DNA of 64,000 nt, taken from assembly GCA_013239625.1 (NCBI GenBank), contig MU054323.1:20047082-20111081 (forward strand). The letters run 5' to 3'. The notes beneath the pieces are model-generated. The model saw only the letters and a program-made list of their open reading frames with translations. It had not been told where the DNA came from and made no database searches. Position 1 is the first letter of the stretch; each line of letters opens with the position of its first letter. Shown here piece after piece: positions 12,321 through 23,800 of this stretch. A program made the translations under genes and the position numbers. Source of the DNA: Lama guanicoe (Eukaryota).

Positions 12321-12899
12321 GGCCTCAACTTATTTTTGACACATGACACAAAAAGGTAAGCAAAATGCTTTTTTCACTCAACCACTGGAAAATACCCTCC
12401 CCACAACTACCTGTCATCAGGTTAATTTATAAATCTCTACCTGTACTATTGTTAGAGAACTAGCTTTTCCATAGTAGGTTATTCAATGTATGTTATTCAC
12501 TTTACATAATACTGAAAACTACAAACATCTACATTTTACAGTGTGCTAATGTTTCCAAGAAAGGAAAAACTGAAGTACTTCTAATTACCAAAGTCAGAAC
12601 AGTTGGTTTGGGGATACCTGTCACAATCAATCTGAAATCTACAATTCATATAAAGCCAACACAATATCACTTTTTCCAACACAACTTAAGAAATCCTTAA
12701 GTAACTAAGAAGTTCAAATTCTCAAGAGAAACACAATTCAAGAGATGCTGGAAATTTGAAATTCCTATCTGTATCAAATGCATCTTGGGATAATCTCTGC
12801 TCTAAGTGCCAACTTAATTTCAAGATGTGTCAGTTTTAGTCTAAAACTTCACTTTTTCCTTACTAGGTAACAAAACCTAATTATGCTAAAACTCTATTA

Positions 12900-13260
12900 A
12901 AAAACTCCTACAACCACCAACAGAATAGATCAACTATGATATATTCATACAATGAAATCCCATACTGCAATAAAAGGAAGCAACTACTAATACACGTAAC
13001 ATGAATGAACCTCAAAGATACTGAGAACTAGAAGCCTTACACAAAAGAGTACTGTGTGGTTCTATTTACATGAAATTGAAAATAAGCAAAACTATTTATA
13101 CTGATAAAAGTCAGAATAGGAAGGACACAGATTGACAGGACAAGAGTAAGAAGGAACGTCCTGGGGTGATGTAATGTTCTATATGTTAAGAGTAAGGGTT
13201 ACACAGTGTATGTGTTTGTCAAAACTCATGAAACTGTAACATTTAAGATCCATGCGCTGA
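12900..13260 (+). mobile_element. Old L1M 3' UTR fragment
   Basis: ATATTCATACAATGAAAT...AACATGAATGAACCTCA...TGTTTGTCAAAACTCAT are typical L1MB/L1MC 3' end phrases. Confidence 0.7.
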
Positions 13261-14556
13261 AAAAATACACTTTCTTCATAGTAGAAGCAACTATGATAGA
13301 AATGGCTATTTCTTATAATCTGTAAAATAAATCACTATTGTCAATTCCTTTTTTAGACCTCGCCACCAATTTAGTTTCAGTGCACCATGCTGTTTTCCCT
13401 TCTAATCCTGGATTGTTTTTTTGATAAATTTTCCTCCTCCACTCTCCCTTCATGTTTCTGAAATCTAATCATAATCCCACTTTTCTTCTCTATATGCTCC
13501 TTGGATGATCTGCCCCACCACAGTTTCTACTACCACCTATACGCTAAAGACATCCAGATCTATTAAACTTCATATCCATAAATCCAGCTGCAACCAGACA
13601 TGGTATATTATCACAAGCTTATTATTTATAAACCTAGACCTTTCCTCCGCAAACCCACATCCCCCCCCAAAATTTGCCTTTCTTGCCCTCTCTATACTAG
13701 TTAATAGCACATCTAATCTTAGACTGAAATCTTTCTTAAACATCCTCCCCCTTGAGCAAGTTGCAGCGTTTCACAGAAAGAGGGGGTAACAACAATGGAG
13801 CGTTCTTTACACCCCACCTATGGCCCTTACCGTTCCAGTCCAGTTTTTCAACTGCATAGCTGATCAACCCTTCCCACACTACTCTATGAGGATGACGAAT
13901 GAACAGGATGGTATCTCACACTTAACTTCTAGAGAATAGCTACCATTTATCCAGTACCCGCCACCTGCCAAAGACTGAGTCACCTGACACCTCATTTAAT
14001 ATATACTACAGCTACCCTGAAAAAACTGATCTCACAATAAATTAAGGAACTTGGTCAAGGTCATAAAATTAAAGCTTATAAACCAGCATCTGAATCCAAA
14101 TTGAGCGAGCCTGGGACTCTAAAGTCCTTCATCTCTATAGGACAAGCCGTAGACTAATACTCCAATTGGCAAAACCTGAGTGAAATCGCAATGCTTTTTA
14201 GACCACTCAAAAAGCAGTTGTCGACCATTTTACAGTTGGGAAAATGTCTGCTCTCTGCCTATAACTGCCCAGGCTCACCCAAATATTTGAAGTAACTCAT
14301 TAAGTCTCCGAATTCTGATCATACAGCCCCTCCTGACCATATTGCTTCCGTCAGCGTCGTCATCCCAGCTCTCAAACCTCGGGCTTGGATGAAGCTGTCT
14401 TTGGGGCAGTGGCAGGAGGGTGACAATGGGGCACTGAGGAGACCGAAAGCTGGACTCCTTAAAAAGAACAGGGCCAAACTTCGGACTCGGTCAGGTCACA
14501 TTCTGGGCGCCGCCGACCCCACAGGCCACCCCAGGACCCACAAGGAACGACTTTGG

Positions 14557-14571
14557 GGGTCACCTTGACCC
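14557..14571. promoter_or_regulatory. Perfect palindromic estrogen response element GGGTCAcctTGACCC in intron 1
   Basis: Exact GGTCAnnnTGACC at 14558-14570. COX7A2L (COX7RP) is an established estrogen-responsive gene with an intron-1 ERE. Confidence 0.88.
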
Positions 14572-14801
14572 TACTGAGTACCAGGCCCAACTTCCATACC
14601 CGGCCAGCTTCGCCGGGGGAACAGCTACAGAATTAGAAGCCTCCAGGGCCGCAGGAAGTGGGTGCAGAGAGGCGCTGAGAAGTGCGGGGCGAACTAAATC
14701 GAACAGCGAGCAGAAGCCTCGCCTGGCTCCGGCACCGAGACTGCCTGGCGCAGAGACTCAGGCCGCCACTTTCGTCCGAAACAGCGCGACGCTACACGTA
14801 C

Positions 14802-14873
14802 CTGAGGGTTATAAGCGTCGGAAGCCCATGCTCCCGCTAATTTCTGCGTGAAGCCACTAAACTTGTAATACAT
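14802..14873 (-). CDS. COX7A2L: COX7A2L coding exon 1 (MYYKFSGFTQKLAGAWASDAYNPQ)
   Basis: ATG at 14873-14871 (context gccgacATG), donor gtacgt at 14801-14796. Matches the known SCAF1 N-terminus; the joined CDS is 24+43+46 = 113 aa. Confidence 0.98.
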
Positions 14874-16064
14874 GTCGGCGGGTATCCGACTTCCCGCAGC
14901 CGCTGCCTGCGCGACTGCTCCAGAGAAGGACCCCACCTTCCTGGCTGCAGACCCAGACTCAGCCCAAGGACCCCGCGCCAGGAGACGGGCTGCCCGGTTA
15001 CCGCCTAATTTAAAACATGTCCTCTTACGCCACATACGGGAAAGAGAAGCCGAGTTCTCAAGGCCAAAAAAGGCAAAACCAGCTCTAGAAGAGATCGGAA
15101 AGCCTTAGCACCACGCTGTGTAGAAAATACAAGGGTCGCTCTCTTTCCCTCTATGTTTAGATTCGGGCAGTGCCAAGACGCCATAAGAATTGCGCAAGCG
15201 CTCTGCGGACCAGGCTGGGGCTGAGGGACCTGCCGAGGTCGAGAGGGCGGGCTGGGGGCGGGGCCTTGGTGGGAGGGGAGGGGTCCTGGGCGGGGCGGGG
15301 TGAATAATCTCCTTCCCACCGCGAAAGTCGGAGCTGCGGGGCTGCCGCCTGGTAGTTGGTTTGAAGGCTTCTCTACCTTCACCAAACTTAACTTGCTGTT
15401 ATCTCATTTCTTTCCTCCCCTAAGTCACTTCGTTAAGCATCCCTCTCTCACTCAGTCGGCCCAGAAGTATGGACCTATCTGCTGGGCTTCTCCGGCAATC
15501 TAGGAATGGGGGGAGCAAATTAAACCATTTGGAAACACCTGCCGCGAGCTATTTAGTACTAAGGGCTGTTACGGGTCCCGCCCCAATAATATATAAAGAT
15601 AGCCTCCTGGGCTTTGTGTAAAGGAAATACATCGTGACCTATAAACTTAAGGCACTGGGACGTAAATTTTGAACAGTTCTCAGAACTGGTTTTTACTATT
15701 ACCTCAGTTTTATGGGAATAAATTACTCAGCCTTTTCCTGTCCTCTGTCCGAGATAAATGAGATGGAAATGGAGGGGAGGTAGACTATAAATACTCGAAA
15801 AATCTGGACCTTGAGCCTGAAAGATCCAGGACTACCACTTTCAGTTCTAGTAGCATCCACTGCAGTTCAATTTAAAGATGTTTTTAGAGCTTCCACTATG
15901 TGCAAGTTACTTTATAAAAAGAGTATACTAGTTTCCTACCTCTGGGAATGGAGCAAAGCTTTTCTTGGCTCTATCATCCAACCAGAAGTTTTCACAGGCA
16001 TATCATAGATGAATTTATAGTGCATTTATGAAGGCATGTGGCAAACTGACAGGTGATACTAACC

Positions 16065-16260
16065 TGTATATAGCACTTTCCATAAATAACTTACTTAATC
16101 TTTACAACAATCCTATGAGATAGATACTGTTATCATCTCTCCATCTTACTATACAGGAAAATGAGGCCCAGAAAAGTTAAGTAACTTGCCCAGGTCAGCT
16201 ATTAGTGGCAGAGACAGCCACCTGACTCAAGAGTCCATACTCTTAAGCACTACAGTATAG
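16065..16260 (-). mobile_element. MIR SINE
   Basis: MIR core AATCTTTACAACAATCCTATGAG...GAGGCCCAGAAAAGTTAAGTAACTTGCCCAGGTCA. Confidence 0.85.
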
Positions 16261-16581
16261 AGAAGTAGAAATAAACCCACTCTGAGAAAGGCGGATGAAG
16301 GCTGAGAACTCCAGAGCTAGGTGTACACCACCATCCCAGCTTTGACAGGTGTTAAGCCCAAGGGCCCCAAGTGTTCAGCACTGCCAAGCCTGAAGAGCAG
16401 AGTTTTTAGTGTATATTCATGTGATCAACCAGTCCAAAGTCGCTGCTTTTACAAAGCTGCATTGTGATATAAAAGAACATGTGACTGGGGTTTGAGTTGC
16501 AATTTCTTCCAGGTTGAGTGACTTACAACTGGTCATTTACATTTGCTGAGCCTGGCTTGCCTCTTCTGAAGTCAACTAGAA

Positions 16582-16602
16582 ATCATCATCATCATCATCA
16601 TC
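16582..16602 (+). repeat. (ATC)7 microsatellite
   Basis: Directly visible. Confidence 0.9.
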
Positions 16603-19600
16603 ATATCTTCCCTCACTAGTGCGCTGAGAATCAACAGTTCAGGTTACAAAGTTGCACAAATGTAAGCTGATCTTACCTTTGAGTCATTTTACTTTTCCAT
16701 GGTTCTTGGCTATATATAAAAATTTCAAGGAACTTTTGATTCCTCTAATTGAAATTAATTAACTTAATTAATTAACTAAATGCTAGAATCACTCATACCA
16801 AGAAAGGAGAATGAGCTTGCAAGCAAATACTGGGTGGAAGGAAAGGTTTTTCATAGCGTTTAGATTGCAAAGCAAAATTAAATGATTTAGGACAGCTCCC
16901 TATCTCCATCCCACTGTCTTCTAGACATATTTTAGGGGAAAAAAAAGTAGAGAACCTTCCCCAACTTTTAACAGCACTAAGGTGTACCAGCTTCTTGAAG
17001 AATAAAGGTGCCTGTCAACACTGGTTATTTTCTTAAAGTTCCTGCCATCTGATTTTAGATCCTGCAAGACATAAATTAAGAATCCTGAAAATGTTACAAC
17101 AGCCGGGCTGTTCAGTGGGAGATAAAATGTCAGTAGCAGAGTGTGGGCTGGAATGTCACATGGAGTGGCTGATCATAGGAAGATTTTGTCTCATTTCCCA
17201 AATAAAACGCAGCACACTCTGACAGCGCTAAAGCACCCTATTCTCATTCTTATTTGCATAATCCCACCCAACACCAAACCAAGATCTTTCTTTATATTGT
17301 GATCCCCTCAGGTGGTTCCCTAGATCCTATTCTGAGAGGAAGTGACCACAATTCTCAGTGCAGAGAAGCTTGTTGGTCGCCAAGTGATTTGCATGCAGAT
17401 GCCCTTCTGGCTCCCGGTGAGTCAGGCTGCTCTCCATTTGTGAGGGCTGTGCACTAATGGCCTCTGGCAGGTCTTTCTCTGAAAGCACTCAGGAATGGAT
17501 GGAAGACCAATATAAATTTGAAATCAGTTGTACTGAATGTGGATAGGAATGCCTCCTTGTGAAACAGCTCTTAATTTTTTTTATTCTCCAATTTTCTCAG
17601 AATTGACTTTCAAAAATTTGACGCTTCATGGATCTGGCAGAGTTAAAGTGTGCCAGCCCTGTAGTAGTTGAGGTCACTGTGGGGCCCTCTTTCTGATTAC
17701 TTTCACTCTTCCACGGCTTCAGAAGAGTTCATATATCACCTGATTTTGGTGTCGCCAGTTGGGAGCAGAAATATGAGTGATGAACATCTGTTTCAGGCTG
17801 ATTTAGCACGGAGAGGGCATCTCCTGGATACAGGCTTCCATAAGGCCCTGCTTTCCCCCACATTACTGTTTCTTTGCTGCCAAATCTACAAACTGAAGAA
17901 CCCCTCTAACCTGGGGAAACACATTTGTGCATGGAGATTTTGCCCATCCTAAGGTAGTTTCCCTGGTGGAAAACCAACTATAATAGTGTCATGTTATGGT
18001 TCAGTGTTACCTTTTTTTATTGTGGCTTGTGTCTGCCCTCTCTTTAGCAGAAAAAAAAAATCCAGCATTTAAAACTGCTAGCGATACCCCAAGGAAAGCA
18101 TCCCCAGTAAAACACTGGAAAACAAAATGGAGAGCTACATGCACTTTATGATTCTCAGAAAGATGCCGCCATCCATGCAATTATTCTGTAATTTTCATGT
18201 GGCAGAATTAGAAGTCTCAGCTGTCATCTCTTAGTCTTTTTGTCAAATAAAGCCCTATCTGGTGTGGAAATTTTAGGTTTCTCTTTGAAACCTGAAATCC
18301 AGATTATATCGATAGTATTGAAAAACAATTCAACCTTTGTTAGAGCATGGTATTCTCACAGCAAAGGAGTTGGGGGTCTGAATGGTGCATTTCTCACCCA
18401 AAGGAGGGAAATGGCAGCTGGGACTGCAGTTGCCGGGACAGCTTTATTGCAGTACGGGATGAACATGTTGACATCACCTCCCTGCTCTGACCTTCTCACT
18501 GTTGAATGTCAATATGGTGTGTGAAGCTGCCTCACTTTTGCCTGCCTGCTTTTCATTATGTGCAAGTCAAAAGCACATCCACAAAGATTATGGATTTAAC
18601 TCAATTTTGACACATCACATTTCATTTCACTGGTTAAGAAAGACTGAGGTATGACTCATAATTTATTTTAAATCATCTTAAATACACTTAATTATGCATA
18701 GAAGAAGTTGAGATTCAGAACAAGATTCACGCAATTTTACATGAACATCATCTATAAAAAATACAGTATATGTAATATTGTCCTGTACATAGAATGACAG
18801 GATTATCAGGGCCCTCTCCAGTTTGGGGTCATAGGGTGCTTCCTGATTACTGAAGAGTCTCACTTTCTGCATCACGTATCTCTGCAGTGTTGGAATATTT
18901 TACAATGAGCACGTATGACTCTTGTAAGTCCATTCACACACTGACAAATAAGACAAAATCCCTCAAAGGCATAAAAATTAGAATTTTAAGATGTTTCCAT
19001 GCACTTCTACTCCAAACTACCAATTCATTTAGAATATTCTTTAATTATCCCTTGCATAGATGTGACAAGCCTATTGAGTGACAGTCTCCAAGGACTAAGC
19101 CATAGGAAGGGCCACTTGAGGCCATTCTGATCATTAGAGTTAATATTATAGTGGTCCTTCTCCACAGGGCTTTTGGGGGGAATAAATGAATGAATGAGTA
19201 AACAAATGAGAGTTAACACTAGCACTATAGTGGTTCTTCACGGGGCTGCTGGAAAAAAAGGAGGCAAGGAAGGAAGGGAGGGCGGGAGAGGGGAAGAGAC
19301 AGAAGATGGGAAGAAAGACATCTCCACACACTGCTGTGAGAAACAAGCAACCAGACTGGGTAGTTATTAACATGAGCGTCCTGATTACATGAAAATTGAG
19401 GATCAAGTGGAAAAGGAGATGAAGAACCATACATCTGGGTCTCAAGAAGGTGAATGTTAATGGACTATTTTCTTTTGAGGTAACAGAACTTTTTGTCTTC
19501 AGAAAAATCTGACTCTATCCAATATCTAAACCCGGGGTATTCCAAAGCCATTGAAGTCACCATGTCCAGATCCCAGACCTGCACTAGATTTGAGAACTTA

Positions 19601-20309
19601 GGCTAGTTTTTTAACCACTCTTGGCCACAGAACATAAATTGCAAATTACAGGGTGTATGCAAGGATTAAATTAGGTAATACGTGCCCCAAAAATTTAAAG
19701 AAAATGTGTAAATATATGAAAAAACATATGGGAAATAATATTGAGTAAAAATAATAAAACTGGTTCTGTAGTCATGGATACAAGCCAAAAAATCAATTTT
19801 GCATGATAGAAAGCATTAGAATTTTAAGTCTACTGGATCGCACGTGCATAAAGTTACCTGTTAAAATAAAAATTGTAACCTAAAAATCTTTCCACTTCCT
19901 CAGCTCCTACTGCTTTCTCCCTTTTGCTCTTCTCTCTTCTTTTCTCCTTTCCCCAAGTAGTCCCCCAAATATTAGTTAAGGCCGTGGGACAACCAGACTA
20001 GAGCTGTCAGGTGGAACCCAGGATGAAAACAGCCCCCAAGGACAAGGAATCTGTCTTTGGCTTGAAGGCCAAAGAACGGAGCCAGGTGTTACACTAAAAT
20101 ATAGCCAACCTTTCAGCATCAGCATTAGAATAAAATATCACATCATTTTCAAATGCCAATCCATAATTTTACTTAGCTCCCCTTCCACCTCAGATTCTTA
20201 AATAGTGATGATTTGGCATTTCTTTAGTTTCTCTGCTACACAGAAACCCAAAGTCATAGCCCTGACTTCCCATCGGGGAAGGGTGACAGGTACATAGGCC
20301 GTAACCCAA

Positions 20310-20440
20310 GACCAGACTGGGTTTGAATCCCAGCTCTTCCTACCGACAAGCTCAGTTACCTGGGGAAAGTTACTTCCCCACTCTGAGTCTTGGAGGTGAA
20401 ATGAAGGTTCTAAATCACAAGATTATCAATGCATTAGGAG
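20310..20440 (+). mobile_element. MIR SINE fragment
   Basis: CTGGGTTTGAATCCCAGCTC...ACCTGGGGAAAGTTACTT...CTCTGAGTCT. Confidence 0.7.
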
Positions 20441-23400
20441 GGAGCAAAGTTACCAGCTTGTGTTCATGACTACCTGGGCGCAGCTCACCAGGTGATTCCA
20501 GAATTCCAAGATGATTTGGGGATGAGGGCTGGGGAGGTCAGCCTGGGTCTTCTTCCAAGAAATAGTTGCCTCTGACTATCACCATGATAGTCTGGGAAGC
20601 AAGGCCATGGTGGGGAAAGTGGAAGAAAGTTACAAATCTCAGGAAAGTGTTTAAGGGGAAAGCAAATCTTCCCCTTAAAAGAAAGGGAGCTAAAGAAAGT
20701 ATGACATTCCCCAACCCCAGCTGAGAAAGTCAGAATGCCCCAGTTAAGAGCTCTAGGGCCTGGAACTCCCAGCCACACCCCTGCCCTCCAACTCAGTAAA
20801 GGAATTTGCTAAAGCACCAATGCAAACAACCCAAAGGTTTCCAGCTGAAGTCAGGCTTTTTAACAGCAGGGAGAGCCGGAAGAAGATGTGATTGTCGGTG
20901 TATAATTGTGCAATCTTCACATCTCATTCAACCCCCAAACTTCAAGGCTACCCTATCCTCTTTCCTGATACCCATTCTTAGATCCCAGCAGCCCACGGAT
21001 GCAAGCTAACTGCATCCATTTTCATCTAAATCATAATAGAGGTAAAAATCGAATCAAGGTGTTTGTGTTTTCTGCCCCAAGCAGAAGCAATCGCTCTGCA
21101 AACACACACAGCCTTGTTTCGGCACAGATGTCAGGAACGCCAAGCCTGTAAATCTGCCCAGGCAGTTCTGTTCTTGAATCATTAAGAACAACCGAGTGGG
21201 TGGAAGGAGAACATGAAATTGCTGTGTGCACTCATGTTTTGTTTATGGAGCAATCATTTCTAGACGTGTTTGCTTTTTTTATGGAGAATCCTTTCTATGT
21301 TTGCTTTTGAATACCCCACCTTCCTTCCTGTGCCCAGCTCTCTCACACCCACTAAAGAGAAACACTGAGAGCGTTAACGAAAATCTCCGCACATTTGAAG
21401 AACAGGTTACATTAACTGTCTCTAAACCATTTCCATTTACTCGGTCAAAATAAATGATTTAGGATTATGAATAACACAGTTAACAACTGAATTTGAACAC
21501 TGTGTATTGTTTACCAAGCTCATAACAACTGCTTCCAAATCAAAAAAGTCACTTTCCTTTGTCCATTGTTGTGCGAGGACCTGTTAGCCCAGTGAATGGA
21601 AAGTCCTGTGATGCTGATTATCAGCAGGGTTTAATGAGTGGTTTCTGCGCCTGCCACAGGATTCTTCACTTAACTTCACTGTGTCTTGGTTTCTTTATCT
21701 ATTAAATGGGCATAATGCCTACTTTGTGACGACTGGGTGCCTAGAACATAGTAAGCACTCATTAAAACTGTAGCAGTTACTGTGGTTACTAATAGTCACA
21801 GCCAACTGGGCAGACAGGATGCAGTAGACTTTCACCAGATCCTATGAATCTTTTTCTCTGATACACCCCTCCCCCAACCCTGGCACAAAGCAGACACGCA
21901 ATGAACGGTACCTCTCAGCAGATACAAACCCCGATCCGTGCCCCAGTCTTCCTGGTCCCCCAGCAGTTTCTGTCAGTCTCTATTGACTTGCCCGGCAGCT
22001 CCCCTCTATTCCTTCACCCTAGCGGGGGTTGGGGGGGTGTTTGTTGAGCTCCGTGTTTATCATCTGGGTGGGTCTCTCTTTATTGTTTCTTCTCTCATTG
22101 TTTTTGGCTTGTCAGCATTGTCCTGCCTGGTACCCGCCCCCAGCCACGTTCTTCATGGCACATCATCTTGACATCCCCTTTTTTTTTTGGCAGCTGGCTA
22201 GCTGCTAGAGGCAGAGAACAGTGGCATCAGGTGCTTTAAAAGAGGGAGTGATTACATTACATTTTCTCTCAGGAAAATGAGCTTGGGTTTTAAAAAATGT
22301 TCCGTGAAACGGATCTAATAACTTAGTTCAGTAATAATTTCTCCTCTGCCGGCTCTAACTGCAAGGATTCTTTCAGAAACAATAGAGCATTGCTGCTTTT
22401 CAACAGGATAACGGGGCTCCATTTCCAGAGGGCTTTCATCCAGAGGAGGGCTTTTCAGACTATCCACAAACAAACAGGTACAGGACAGCCTCCCCAGCCC
22501 AGAAATGGGTGGGGGGGGTGGGGGTGCAGCAAATACCTGGTCAGTTCTAGGAGCCCTATGGGGTGCCATGGACTCTCCAAGTCGTTCTTTCCCTGAGGCT
22601 CCACAGAGGTCCTTTGCCTTTGGAGCTGAGAGCCTGTCCAGTCAACGTTCAGTGTCCAGGACATCTTAACAATAGGGATGCTAACCAGGCCAGCAGGCCT
22701 ACTTCCTTCAAGCTCTGGGAACACTGGGGGCTATCTGTTCCCAGCCAAGCCCACTGTAGGAGCCGATCAAATTAGAGAACTGAGAACAGCAGCCACAGAC
22801 TTTTTCCAAAAGAGCTGTAATGCTGTCAGTCACTAGCACTTAATTTCCGGTGGGTTGTAAAAGTGCCATTTATCCTGCAAGCTTCAGAGTGAGCACCCCG
22901 GTAGGATTCTAAGCTAAATGATGCAAGAGCAGCTACTCTCAGTGAGGGTTTTGTGCTTCAGAATTTAAAACAAAGCAAAAAATTCCAAGCCTACTTTTAT
23001 ATTGCTTGCAAATATTGTAGTGAAGAAATCACTTTCTGTTAAATCCCCCTGATGAAGCCACGCATAACCTGTGTTGACAACCACTGGAGGCTCCCAGCGA
23101 TTTAGAAGCACCTGGTGGGCACACAGTGGTGTTCTGCCCTTATGGCCTCAGGCCAACTTCTCACTACTCTGACACTGTCCCACCTATTAGGGGATGGCCC
23201 CCAGGGAAGATGGGTGGAGTCAGGCTGATTAGGATCTTGGGAGGTTCTGGGGGCAGTTTGAAGGCCACGGTGCCCTGACAGGCAGTTAGTTGGCTAAGGG
23301 ATTGGTTGGCTGCTGGTCTGAGGCTACTGGACATTGATGGACTCTCCTGGGCTTGCAGACCTAGGATTTAGAAAACCATGGAGAAGTTTTCATTTCTAAG

Positions 23401-23614
23401 TAGGTCCATGTAAGAAAGAAATAACATCATGTAGCCATAAAGCTGAAGCATTAGACCATTAGGGGTCTGTGGGTGGTGGGGTTCAGGGAGGAGGAGATTT
23501 AGGGGAAAAAACTCCAAAGTGTTTCGCTGACTTGTTATTTACTTACAGGATACAAAAACAATATTCAATCTATATTACCCAAAAGGGCCCAGTTAACTTT
23601 GATCATAAAGATAG

Positions 23615-23800
23615 ATGAGCTGCTAATGTTCTTTGTCTGGACTGGCCATGTGTGGCTACTGAGCACTTGAAATGTGGCTACTTGAATGTGCCACATTCAG
23701 TTGTGGCAACTGAAGAACTTAATTTGTAATTTTACCTCATTTTAATTTTAATTTGGATAGCCACATACAGCTAGTGGCTATGGTGCTGAATAGCCCAGGT
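23615..23800. mobile_element. MER3/MER33-like hAT-Charlie MITE
   Basis: GGCCATGTGTGGCTACTGAGCACTTGAAATGTGGCTA...TAGCCACATACAGCTAGTGGCTA, an internally palindromic structure typical of MER3. Confidence 0.8.

Larger units (their letters stand above)
14400..15600. promoter_or_regulatory. COX7A2L: CpG island / promoter of COX7A2L
   Basis: Dense CpG and high GC around exon 1. GC boxes (GGGGCGGGG) at ~15255-15263 and 15287-15300, NRF-1-like TGCGCAAGCGC at 15191-15201, ETS/GABP-like CAGGAAGT at 14652-14659. Confidence 0.9.

Noticed and set aside
14694..14801. Read-through of exon 1 into intron 1 (end of the 113-aa ORF 14694..15035)
   Set aside because: A canonical GT donor at 14801 explains the junction; the equal 113-aa length is coincidence.
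14872..15108. 78-aa plus-strand ORF starting at the CATG shared with the COX7A2L start
   Set aside because: Ala/Arg/Pro-rich translation of CpG-island DNA with no recognisable family; any ATG preceded by C creates an antisense ATG.
16750..16780. AATTAATTAACTTAATTAATTAACT duplication/palindrome
   Set aside because: Low-complexity AT sequence; a short tandem duplication with no evidence of function.
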